The notes under the pieces are model-generated. The model saw nothing but the letters and a program-made list of their open reading frames with translations, made no database searches and was not told where the DNA came from. A stretch of DNA of 64,000 bases, taken from positions 339,686 through 403,685 of the forward strand of contig CAVUQZ010000004.1 in the NCBI GenBank assembly GCA_963743795.1, in the 5' to 3' direction. The DNA is from an uncultured Chloroflexia bacterium (GTDB lineage Bacteria > Chloroflexota > Limnocylindria > Limnocylindrales > CSP1-4). Position 1 is the stretch's first letter, and each line of letters starts with the position of its first letter. The position numbers and the translations under genes are program-made. Shown piece after piece: positions 41,228 through 49,749 of this stretch.

Positions 41228-42180
41228 CCGCGCCCGCGCCACCGCCCCTGGTCGTGCTGGCCGGCGCCACCGCGACGGGCAAGACCGCTCTGTCGCTGAC
41301 GCTCGCTGAATCCCTCCTGGCGCGCGGCATCCCCGCCGAGATCGTCTCGGCCGATTCGCGCCAGGTCTACCGGGGCATGGACATCGGCACGGCCAAGGCC
41401 GGGCCACAGGAGCGGGCCCGGGTCCCTCATCATTGCCTCGATCTGGTAGACCCGGACGCCGCGTTCAGCGTCGCCGACTACTCGCGGCATGCCGCTCTGG
41501 CGCTCGTCGGGATCGCGGAACGCGGCGCCGTGGCACTGCTGGTCGGCGGCACCGGGTTCTACTTGCGGGCCGTGGCTCGCGGGATGGCCGTGGACCAGCT
41601 GCCGTGGGACCTGGGCGTGCGCGCGGAGATAGAGGCCGCTCTCGAGGGCGGTGGCCTGGCCCCGCTGGTCGCGGAATTGCGCCGCGTGGCCCCGGTCCGG
41701 GCCGCCGCGATAGACCAACGCAACCCGCGGCGCGTGGTCAGGGCCCTCGAGATCGCCCGTCTCCAGGGTGACGCGCCACTGCCTGAGCCCCGTGGCTACG
41801 GCAGGCCCGTCCTCTGGCTGGGGCTGCGGGTGGAGCCTGCTGCACTGCGCGAGCGCATCCACGCCCGCGCCAGGGCCCAGTTCGACGCCGGCCTTGTCGA
41901 AGAGACACGGGCGCTGGTCGCGCGCTTCGATCCATCACTGCCGAGCTTCTCCGGCATCGGCTACGCCGAAGCACTGGCCGTCATCGAAGGCCGGCTGGGG
42001 CGCGAGGCCGCCATCGCCCAGGACGCGCGGCGCAACGTCCTCTTCGCCAACCGCCAGGCCACCTGGTTCCGCCACGAGCCAGATGTCCACTGGCTCGACG
42101 CCACGCGCGAACTGCCCCTCGAGCAGGCCTCCGAGGCAGTCGAGAGCTACCTGTCCATCTCCGCGGAGGCGACCCGGTGA
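41224..42180 (+). CDS. miaA: tRNA dimethylallyltransferase
   Basis: GATATGKT, SADSRQVYRGMDIGTAK, VGGTGFY and RQATWFR. Confidence 0.96.
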   Translation: MTAPAPPPLVVLAGATATGKTALSLTLAESLLARGIPAEIVSADSRQVYRGMDIGTAKAGPQERARVPHHCLDLVDPDAAFSVADYSRHAALALVGIAERGAVALLVGGTGFYLRAVARGMAVDQLPWDLGVRAEIEAALEGGGLAPLVAELRRVAPVRAAAIDQRNPRRVVRALEIARLQGDAPLPEPRGYGRPVLWLGLRVEPAALRERIHARARAQFDAGLVEETRALVARFDPSLPSFSGIGYAEALAVIEGRLGREAAIAQDARRNVLFANRQATWFRHEPDVHWLDATRELPLEQASEAVESYLSISAEATR

Positions 42181-42227
42181 CTCGTTCCGACCGGCTTCGC
42201 ACAGCGCTTCGGCTATCCTGAGCCGGT

Positions 42228-43553
<1,326 letters not shown>

Positions 43554-43615
43554 ACCGGCCTCGAGAGGCGCCCGGTGGATCGCACGTACGCGCTCGGAGC
43601 CACGGGCGGGGAGTA

Positions 43616-43763
43616 TAGAACGTCCGTTCTACGTTTACTCGCCGCAATCGGGCCATCGCCCCTACCCGTGTTGGCAGCACGTGGACAACTCCCAAAAGGA
43701 AGGCCCCCGTTTTCGAAAGTGGTGGATAAGCCACTTCCTGCGGCATCTGGCCGAGCCTATTGT
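43616..43763 (+). promoter_or_regulatory. Upstream control region of ncRNA A (SOS box, two DnaA-box-like sites, -10)
   Basis: TAGAACGTCCGTTCTA (43616-43631), GTGGACAAC (43681), GTGGATAAG (43722) and TATTGT (43758). The same spacing recurs at 44983-45129. Confidence 0.65.
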
Positions 43764-43770
43764 TCCTTCT

Positions 43771-44046
43771 GCCCGGAGGGGCCAGCGAGATCGTCACCGG
43801 CTCAGCGGTTTCGACGGAAACGGTGTAGCGATCTACCTGAAGGTCCAGGAGCCCGCAAGGGTTTCTGAGCCGGAAGGCCGGTCGTGAACCGCGGAAGTCG
43901 GAATGTAGAGGGTTGGTGGCAGTCCCGGCCAGTGGCCGGAGCGCAGGTCGCCGTTTGAGCGAGGAGTTTTCGGACCCCTTGTTCGCGGAGACCAAAGCGA
44001 CCGACACACGCGAGACCGCAGTCCGATCGAACAGGTTCCTTCGGGC
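43771..44046 (+). ncRNA. Putative structured ncRNA A (~276 nt), family not recognised
   Basis: 5' GCCCGGAGGGGCC pairs with 3' GGTTCCTTCGGGC. Multiple internal hairpins, including GCAA and TTCG loops. No credible ORF. Confidence 0.7.
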
Positions 44047-44206
44047 GCTTTCGTGTGTCCGGCTGGGCCAGCGTCCGGCAGCTGGGCCAGGCGCGCGCGC
44101 GCCGGCGCCGGCCCCCGGGAGCCGTGGCGCATCGAGATCCGGCCTGGCGGGGTAGGGGACCCAGGAGGTATCCTCGGCCGCGACCCACCCTGCAAGCAGG
44201 AAGTCG

Positions 44207-44965
44207 ATGCCGCACGTCAGCCCCAGCGTCTGGATCATCGTGCCGACGTACAACGAGCGGGAGAACGTCGGCCCGATCACCAACGCGATCCTGGGAGTCG
44301 TCCCCGAAGCCCACGTCCTGATCGTCGACGATGGATCTCCGGATGGCACGGGCGAGCTGGCCGACGATATGGCCGCCCGCAATCCCGCGATCGCGGTGCT
44401 GCACCGTCAGGCCAAGCAGGGCCTGGGGCGGGCCTATGTGGCGGCGTTCAAGGAGCTGCTCGCCGGCGACGCTGACATAGTCGTCCAGATCGATGCCGAC
44501 TTCAGCCACCCGGTGAGATATCTGCCCTCGCTGCTGGAACCGCTTCGCGCCGGCTCGGCGGACCTGGTCCTCGGGTCCCGCTACGTCAAAGGGGGCCAGA
44601 TCCCGCGCTGGAAGCTGCTCCGCCGTCTCGTCAGCCGCGGCGGCAGCGTCTTCGCCGGGGTCGTGCTCCTGCTCCCGTTCCGCGATCTCACCGGCGGCTT
44701 CAAGGCCTGGCGCGCGGATGCCCTCCGGGCGATCGACCTAGACCGGCTACATGCCGGTGGGTACGCCTTCCAGATCGAGACGACCTTCAAGGCCAGACTG
44801 GCCGGTGCGCGCATCGTGGAGGTCCCGATTACGTTCGAGGAACGCCGGGCGGGACAGTCGAAGATGAGCATGTCGATCTTCATGGAGGCCTTCCGGCTCG
44901 TGCTGGCGCTGCGGGTAACGAACCTTCGACGACGGCGCCGGGCGCTCCCTCGGCCAGCCGCCTGA
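44207..44965 (+). CDS. Polyprenol monophosphomannose synthase (GT2, Ppm1/DPM1-like)
   Basis: IVPTYNEREN, VDDGSPDGTG, QIDADFSH, GSRY, DLTGGFKAWR, GYAFQIE and EVPITFEERRAGQSKMS. Confidence 0.92.
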   Translation: MPHVSPSVWIIVPTYNERENVGPITNAILGVVPEAHVLIVDDGSPDGTGELADDMAARNPAIAVLHRQAKQGLGRAYVAAFKELLAGDADIVVQIDADFSHPVRYLPSLLEPLRAGSADLVLGSRYVKGGQIPRWKLLRRLVSRGGSVFAGVVLLLPFRDLTGGFKAWRADALRAIDLDRLHAGGYAFQIETTFKARLAGARIVEVPITFEERRAGQSKMSMSIFMEAFRLVLALRVTNLRRRRRALPRPAA

Positions 44966-44982
44966 CGGCCCCGGCGCGGACA

Positions 44983-45129
44983 GCACGTCCGTTCTGAAGC
45001 CCTTCGACGCGCCGAACGCTCGCGCAGGGCGACGTGTGTGCGAACCGTGGGAAAGGCCCTCCGACACACGCACGAGTTTCCAAAGACGTGGATAAGGCCG
45101 TTGGCGCCCAACCGCCGGACGGCTAGATT
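44983..45129 (+). promoter_or_regulatory. Upstream control region of ncRNA B (paralogous to 43616-43763)
   Basis: GCACGTCCGTTC (44983), GTGGGAAAG (45047), GTGGATAAG (45088) and TAGATT (45124). Confidence 0.65.
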
Positions 45130-45136
45130 CTCCTCA

Positions 45137-45218
45137 GCCCGGAGGGGCCACGAACAACCGAACGACTCGACCGATTCTCGGATCGGCCGAACGATGCGGG
45201 GTCGCGGTTCCTTCGGGC
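45137..45218 (+). ncRNA. Putative ncRNA B (~82 nt), same terminal helix as ncRNA A
   Basis: Identical 5' GCCCGGAGGGGCCA and 3' GGTTCCTTCGGGCG ends; internal hairpin CCGATT-CTCG-GATCGG. Confidence 0.65.
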
Positions 45219-45236
45219 GTTTCCGTATCCGTCACG

Positions 45237-45277
45237 CGCGGCCCGTCGCAGCCCAGCCGCCGGCGGGCCGCTTGCTG
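45237..45277 (+). terminator. Possible intrinsic terminator after ncRNA B
   Basis: GCGGCCCGTCG...CGGCGGGCCGC stem followed by TTGCTGT (weak U tract). Confidence 0.35.
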
Positions 45278-45371
45278 TCCGTCCGCCTCTAGTCGACCGA
45301 GGACGGGAACACGCACCAACCCAGCTCACGAGCCGCGAATCCACGTATGGTTGGGCCTGCTGGAGAAACGC

Positions 45372-45413
45372 TAGCCTAGTCCTCTTGACAGGCTATGCCT
45401 AGTCGGCTAGGCT
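45372..45413 (+). promoter_or_regulatory. hicAB promoter with palindromic operator
   Basis: TTGACA (45385), 17 nt spacer, TAGGCT (45408). Palindrome GCCTAG-TCGG-CTAGGC (45397-45412) overlaps the -10. Confidence 0.75.
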
Positions 45414-45419
45414 GCGGTC

Positions 45420-45635
45420 GTGAAGCGCCACGAGCTCCTACGGCGGATCGCGAAAGCGGCCCGTGCGAAAGGGGTGGTGTGGCAACTTGAGCGGCAAGGC
45501 GCCGGTCACGAGATCTGGCGATGTGGCGAGACGCCGATGCCATTGCCGCGGCACAAGGAGATCGGCGACAGGCTGGCCGAGGCGGTATTCGCGGGGCTCG
45601 AGATCGAACTCGGGAAAGACTGGTGGCGCAGATGA
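45420..45635 (+). CDS. Type II toxin, HicA family
   Basis: MKRHELLRRI...RQGAGHEIW...LPRHKEI: HicA G.H and P.H motifs. Confidence 0.85.
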   Translation: MKRHELLRRIAKAARAKGVVWQLERQGAGHEIWRCGETPMPLPRHKEIGDRLAEAVFAGLEIELGKDWWRR

Positions 45636-46066
45636 GACAGACGTTTCGTGCCATCGCCAGACGTGACGGGCGGTGGTGGTTCGTACAGGTTCCGGAACGA
45701 GCGGGTCTCTTCACGCAGGTGCGCCGGCTGGACCAGGCCGAGGCGATGATCCGCGAAGTCATCGCGTTGATGCTTCAGGTTGCGGAGGATTCCTTCGATG
45801 TCGTCATCGAGCCGCAGCTGGAGTCCCTCGGCGATCTTCGAGAGACGATCGAAGAAGCCCTCCGCGCACGCCAGGCGGCGGAGGAGGCTCAGGACGCATC
45901 ATCGGCTGCGATGCGCCACGCGGTCCGAGAGGTCCGCAGCGCGGGTTACACCGCGCGTGACGCCGGCATGCTCCTGGGCGTCAGCAACCAGCGCATCAGC
46001 CAGCTCGAGCACGGCGAGGGCAGGAGGCCGATTCGAGCTCCACAGCAGCCGGCTGCCGACTCCTAA
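45632..46066 (+). CDS. HicB-like antitoxin with C-terminal HTH
   Basis: ATGA overlap with the toxin; WWFVQVPE..GLFTQVRRLDQAEAMIREVI and HTH ARDAGMLLGVSNQRISQL. Confidence 0.85.
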   Translation: MRQTFRAIARRDGRWWFVQVPERAGLFTQVRRLDQAEAMIREVIALMLQVAEDSFDVVIEPQLESLGDLRETIEEALRARQAAEEAQDASSAAMRHAVREVRSAGYTARDAGMLLGVSNQRISQLEHGEGRRPIRAPQQPAADS

Positions 46067-46171
46067 CGCCATCCTGATGATCCCGCGCACGACTCCGGGC
46101 CTCATATCACTGCCGATAAGATAGGTTATGTCCGTTGGATCACGCAAGCCCAGATGCCTACCGTGTACGAG

Positions 46172-46600
46172 TCAGTCCTCGTCGCCAAGGTCGGCCTCGA
46201 TGTCGTGCACTACGAGGCTCTTCCCCTGCCAGTGGCCCTTCACGCGCACCGGGCGATCCTCGAGGCCCCCGATTAGGTCCACCAGTGCTAGGGTGTCTGG
46301 TACGAGACACTTCTGCTCGCGGTCCACGGGGCCGAGGGCGATGTGGCGACGGTTGAGGTCAATGACCCGGAGGACGTCGCGTAGCTCGACCTCCAGCTGA
46401 TCCGGAGCCGAGGCTGCGCCACGTGGCAGTCTGCGACGGACGACTGATCGGACGGCCGGCGTGAGGATGGTCGGCGCGTCAGGAGACGCGACACGGCGGA
46501 CCTCAATTTCCCCAACTTCGTGGCCGTCTGGCGCGAGGTTCCTGTATGTTGATGTAGTCCGCCGGGCGCTCGCGCCCGCTCTCGAAACCGTGGCCAGGCA
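46172..46600 (-). pseudogene. C-terminal remnant of a hypothetical protein
   Basis: Protein-like stretch YRNLAPDGHEVGEIEVRR...LRVIDLN...VRVKGHW with no clear start; lower GC than surroundings. Confidence 0.35.
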
Positions 46601-46610
46601 TTCCGTGCTC

Positions 46611-47141
46611 CTAACGCTTGCTCTCGGCCTTGATACGCTCGCGACCCGCCTCGGTGATTCCCCAGATGCCGCGAGGGGAGTCGGCGGCAAGTTGTCCCAG
46701 TCCGACGAGATGGAGTCGAGCGAACTGGGCCCTGTTGTGCCACCGGATGTTGCCGCTGCTAATTGGCTGAAGGTCGAAATCGGTGAGTTTGTCAGCCAGG
46801 GCTGGTGCGATCAAATCGAGTACCTCTCGAGCCGGCGCCCGGCCTTTCGGCTGCAAATCGAGGGCCTCTAGGATGGGCAGCTCGTACTCCCTCTCCGGAA
46901 GGAGCGCGCCTCGCGGCGCCCGCGCCTTCCGAGTACCTACCCGTCGAGCCCTCCGCTTTCTCCCGGGCTGATGCGTTGACTCCGCGGCACCGCTGACCGC
47001 GAGTACGACTTCTGTCTCCAAGACTGAAGCCTCCAGTCCGAGAAGCCGCCGCAACACGCTGTTCGGAGTGTCAATGAATGGCTCCGCGTGCTGCTTCAGC
47101 AGGTCAAGAACCTCGTGGTCGACGTCAATCTGAGGGCTCAC
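46611..47141 (-). CDS. SeqA-N-like (RHH) + Mrr N-terminal winged-helix protein
   Basis: N-terminal IDVDHEVLDLLKQHAEPFIDTPNSVLRRLLGL; C-terminal PILEAL...RWHNRAQFARLHL...RGIWGITEAG typical of Mrr_N. Confidence 0.75.
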   Translation of the reverse strand: MSPQIDVDHEVLDLLKQHAEPFIDTPNSVLRRLLGLEASVLETEVVLAVSGAAESTHQPGRKRRARRVGTRKARAPRGALLPEREYELPILEALDLQPKGRAPAREVLDLIAPALADKLTDFDLQPISSGNIRWHNRAQFARLHLVGLGQLAADSPRGIWGITEAGRERIKAESKR

Positions 47142-47159
47142 AACTCACTCCAATCTCAG

Positions 47160-47200
47160 TTGCTAGGTAGCAAAGTACATTGCTGCCCAACCCATGTCAA
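47160..47200 (-). promoter_or_regulatory. Promoter and palindromic operator for the Mrr_N gene
   Basis: Minus strand TTGACA (47195-47200), 17 nt spacer, TACTTT (47172-47177). Palindrome TTGCTA-GG-TAGCAA at 47160-47173. Confidence 0.6.
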
Positions 47201-47337
47201 CACCCAATGCAGATGGTAATGTACACTGCACGCTGGCTCCGCGTAGACAATGGGGAGTCGTGACCGCTGGGCCCGCCATGTGCCATGCCTCGAATGACTG
47301 TGGCGGCGAAGGAGATCGTCTAGTGGTGTCTAGGGCT

Positions 47338-47481
47338 CAGCCTCGAGAGGATGAGGTACAGGAGGTTGGCGCGATCGAGGCGGTCGAAGCGGTCGATCTG
47401 AGCGTCGAAGTCGCACTTCTCGATGACGTCGCGGGTGTCGACGTCGAAGGCGGAGATCCAGGCGCGCAGGTTGCCGGCGAG
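47338..47481 (-). pseudogene. Internal fragment of type I restriction-modification methyltransferase HsdM (N-terminal domain)
   Basis: A frame absent from the ORF track reads LAGNLRAWISAFDVDTRDVIEKCDFDAQIDRFDRLDRANLLYLILSRL, resembling the HsdM_N helical region. Confidence 0.65.
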
Positions 47482-47899
47482 CCCGTTCGTTGAAGGCGAA
47501 GATGCCGATCATCACGCTGTTGAGACTCAGCAAGTTGAAGGCGTAGTCGAGCAGGAGCGACATGGCCTCCGTGCCGATCCCTTTGCCCCGACTCTCCTTC
47601 TCGCTGACGAAGATGCCGGCCTCGGCGCAACGATCGGCCTTGTTGACGGAGAAGAGCAGGCAGCGGCCCACGGGAGCGTCCCAAGCGAGGTCCACGATCG
47701 TGAAGACGGCCTCGCCGCTGCGCACGATCTCCTCGCAGGCGCGCTCCTGGGCCGCCGTAGTCACGACGGCGTACGCCTCATCGCCCAGCGGCAGCGCGAC
47801 CTCGGGATCGTTGAGCCAGCGCGTCCAGAGTTCCGCATCGTCCGACGCGGCCGGTGACAGGTAGCACTTCGATCCCACGAGCTTTCGATAGTGCGTCAT
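47482..47899 (-). pseudogene. RimJ/RimL-type GNAT acetyltransferase, 3'-truncated
   Basis: MTHYRKLVGSKCYLSP...RGKGIGTEAMSLLLDYAFNLLSLNSVMIGIFAFNERA stops abruptly before the expected Y.K.GF motif. Confidence 0.75.
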
Positions 47900-48141
47900 C
47901 CCCGTTACTAGCTGTCGGGCCGGATCGATCCGTCGCCTCCCACCCATCGAACGGCCTGGGCCAAGCGTCTCCCCCGAATTGCCTCCGGTGCTTCCCTACT
48001 CTACCCACAGGTGGCGCGGCGAGAACGGTGTGCGCCGCGACCTGCCGCGATCGCGGGCCGTAGTCCGAACCAATGGGGCTGCACGCTGGTCATCCAGTTG
48101 TGCAGAATTGCACGACCCAGTAGTTGCACGAGGGAGGGGTC

Positions 48142-48882
48142 ATGTCCGCAGTCAGATGGGTGGTCGATGCTCTGCTGGGTTCGCCAATTCCCTCACCCAA
48201 CTGGCTGGACCCAAGACATCGTGGTGCAGCGTGGCGAGCGCCCGGCGCCTCGTGGGCGGGCGTGGGCTCCTCCGTTGGCAGATACCACGTCTCGGGCGCA
48301 CGAGTCGCTGTGGAATTGGCCGAGCTGAACACGTGCGTCAATCCGCCGGTGATCCAGGGTTGGGCCTGGTGTCTGGCCTTGATTGGCGCGGCCGTAACGC
48401 TGCTCGGCGTCCGCGACCTGGGAGTCAACGGACCCGGCGACGCGCGAGCGATCTTGATGATCTTCAGCCCGATCCCGGCGTGGTGCGCGGCAGTCTTGCT
48501 TGGCGGTTTCTTCAGCCACGACGTCGAGCTGCGCGATGGCGTGGTGTACGTACGCCGGTGGACGGATGTCTGGTTCGGCCGTCAGGGCAAAGTCGTTGGG
48601 CCGGTCGAAACGCTACACGCCGTTCTCAGCTGCGGAGATCATGTCCAGATGGCGGGCGAGGCCGGTCCAGTCGTCGTGTCCATGACCATGTGGCCGAGCT
48701 CTTCTCGCCAATACCTCGAGGAGCGTTTCGAGCGCTGGGGAATCGAACTCGAATTCCCCGGACGCCACCACGTTCATCACCCACAGCACTGGAACCATGG
48801 GCACCATCGGTTCGGCCGTCCACTGCCTCAACAAGGCCGACGCGGAGACACGGCACCGCACGACGTGCACGATCACGGCTAG
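48142..48882 (+). CDS. Hypothetical membrane protein with His-rich C-terminus
   Basis: GGGAGGGG RBS, two TM segments and tail HHVHHPQHWNHGHH...HDVHDHG. Confidence 0.7.
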   Translation: MSAVRWVVDALLGSPIPSPNWLDPRHRGAAWRAPGASWAGVGSSVGRYHVSGARVAVELAELNTCVNPPVIQGWAWCLALIGAAVTLLGVRDLGVNGPGDARAILMIFSPIPAWCAAVLLGGFFSHDVELRDGVVYVRRWTDVWFGRQGKVVGPVETLHAVLSCGDHVQMAGEAGPVVVSMTMWPSSSRQYLEERFERWGIELEFPGRHHVHHPQHWNHGHHRFGRPLPQQGRRGDTAPHDVHDHG

Positions 48883-48916
48883 GATCGGAGCTGGCGGGCT
48901 AGGGTGCTCCCCTACT

Positions 48917-49222
48917 CTAGCCGGGCGGGGCAAGCGGCGAAGACGTGGCCGAGACGGCCGAGCGCGCATCCTGGATCGTCACCACGGCGACGCGGTCGGC
49001 CGGCTCATCGTAGAGGTACACGATCAGCATCCAGCGCCATGGCCCAAGGAGGAAGCGGAAATCGATCCAGCGGCCCACCAAGGGAGCACCGAGCTGCGGG
49101 AAGCGCGTCAAGGGGCGAAGCGACGCCTTCACCCGGGCGTGCGTATTGGGCGGGAGACTCAGCGTCCGAATCAGGCGGTCGAGGTCGGCCAGGGCAGTGG
49201 GGGTGACGACGACGGTCGCCAC
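48917..49222 (-). CDS. Type II toxin, RelE/ParE family
   Basis: VVVTPTALADLDRL...LTRFPQLG...IVYLYD...VAVVTI. Confidence 0.82.
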   Translation of the reverse strand: MATVVVTPTALADLDRLIRTLSLPPNTHARVKASLRPLTRFPQLGAPLVGRWIDFRFLLGPWRWMLIVYLYDEPADRVAVVTIQDARSAVSATSSPLAPPG

Positions 49223-49225
49223 CTC

Positions 49226-49480
49226 TCAGAGATCCTCCAGCGGCGTCCCGAGGCCGGACCGGGCCTCCCCTGCCCCACGCTGAGCGCGCTCGAAGGCACC
49301 CGGGATTTGGTCAAGTAAGTCCGCCACATTTCGCGGATCCGGATCGGCCTCCTCGAGAGCCGTCGAGAGCAGCGACCGCGCGATCGTCCCCGGGTTCGTA
49401 TGCGTTCGGTCGGCCAGCCGACGGAGCTTGGTCGCGTGCTCTTCGTCCAGAACCACGTTCAAGCGAGATGTCTTGCCCAT
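49226..49480 (-). CDS. Putative antitoxin (RHH-like)
   Basis: MGKTSRLNVVLDEEHATKLRRLA...GTPLEDL, directly upstream of the RelE/ParE toxin; -10 TATGCT 7 nt before the ATG. Confidence 0.78.
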   Translation of the reverse strand: MGKTSRLNVVLDEEHATKLRRLADRTHTNPGTIARSLLSTALEEADPDPRNVADLLDQIPGAFERAQRGAGEARSGLGTPLEDL

Positions 49481-49749
49481 ATTCAAGAGCATACACGAGA
49501 GGGCACGCCCCGTGTACCGGGTGGCCAGACTCCCGGTTCCGGTTCGCGTCGCCGAAACGGCGAATTGACCCGGACCAAAACGACGATGGGCGGTGCGGGC
49601 CGTGGTCGTCGCCTCGCCGGCGGTTGCTACCTATCTGTTCGAGGGTCCGTCCCTTGGAGCGGCCGCTCGTCTGTTTGTGGCGGGAATACAATCGGCAGGC
49701 ACCCGTTCCGCCGAGCGCGAGGCTCGGCCACCGGGTGGAGGAGGCGAGC

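Noticed and set aside
39434-41407. Long antisense or alternate-frame ORFs (e.g. 39434-41407, 31524-33161, 61877-63775, 36148-37560)
   Set aside because: Shadow ORFs typical of high-GC DNA; they overlap well-supported genes and lack recognisable motifs.
43575-43600. Group II intron domain V-like CGCACGTACG
   Set aside because: No preceding GAGCCG catalytic-triad helix, no domain VI and no RT/maturase.
44029-44038. Additional SOS boxes (GAACAGGTTC here; GAACCACGTTC at 49450)
   Set aside because: Half-site spacing is N2 and N3 rather than the required N4.
43771-44046. Assignment of ncRNA A to SRP RNA, RNase P RNA, tmRNA, 5S rRNA, T-box or a common riboswitch
   Set aside because: I could not find their hallmark sequences (SRP helix 8 CAGG..GGAA..AGCAG, RNase P GAGGAAAGTCC, tmRNA/tRNA TTCGA and CCA end, T-box GGTGGTACCGCG). 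A formal Rfam scan is still needed.
43771-45218. Retron msr-msd or IS200/IS605/IS110-associated RNA (terminal inverted pairing)
   Set aside because: No reverse transcriptase, TnpB/IscB, recombinase or transposase is encoded anywhere in the window.
43771-45218. MITE/REP element with terminal inverted repeats
   Set aside because: The termini are complementary only with G-U wobble (RNA-level pairing), no target-site duplication is visible, and promoter-like elements are conserved outside the ends.
43616-45360. Replication origin (oriC) suggested by DnaA-box-like motifs
   Set aside because: Only 2 near-consensus boxes, 1.4 kb apart; no AT-rich unwinding element and no dnaA/dnaN nearby. The boxes sit at fixed promoter positions instead.
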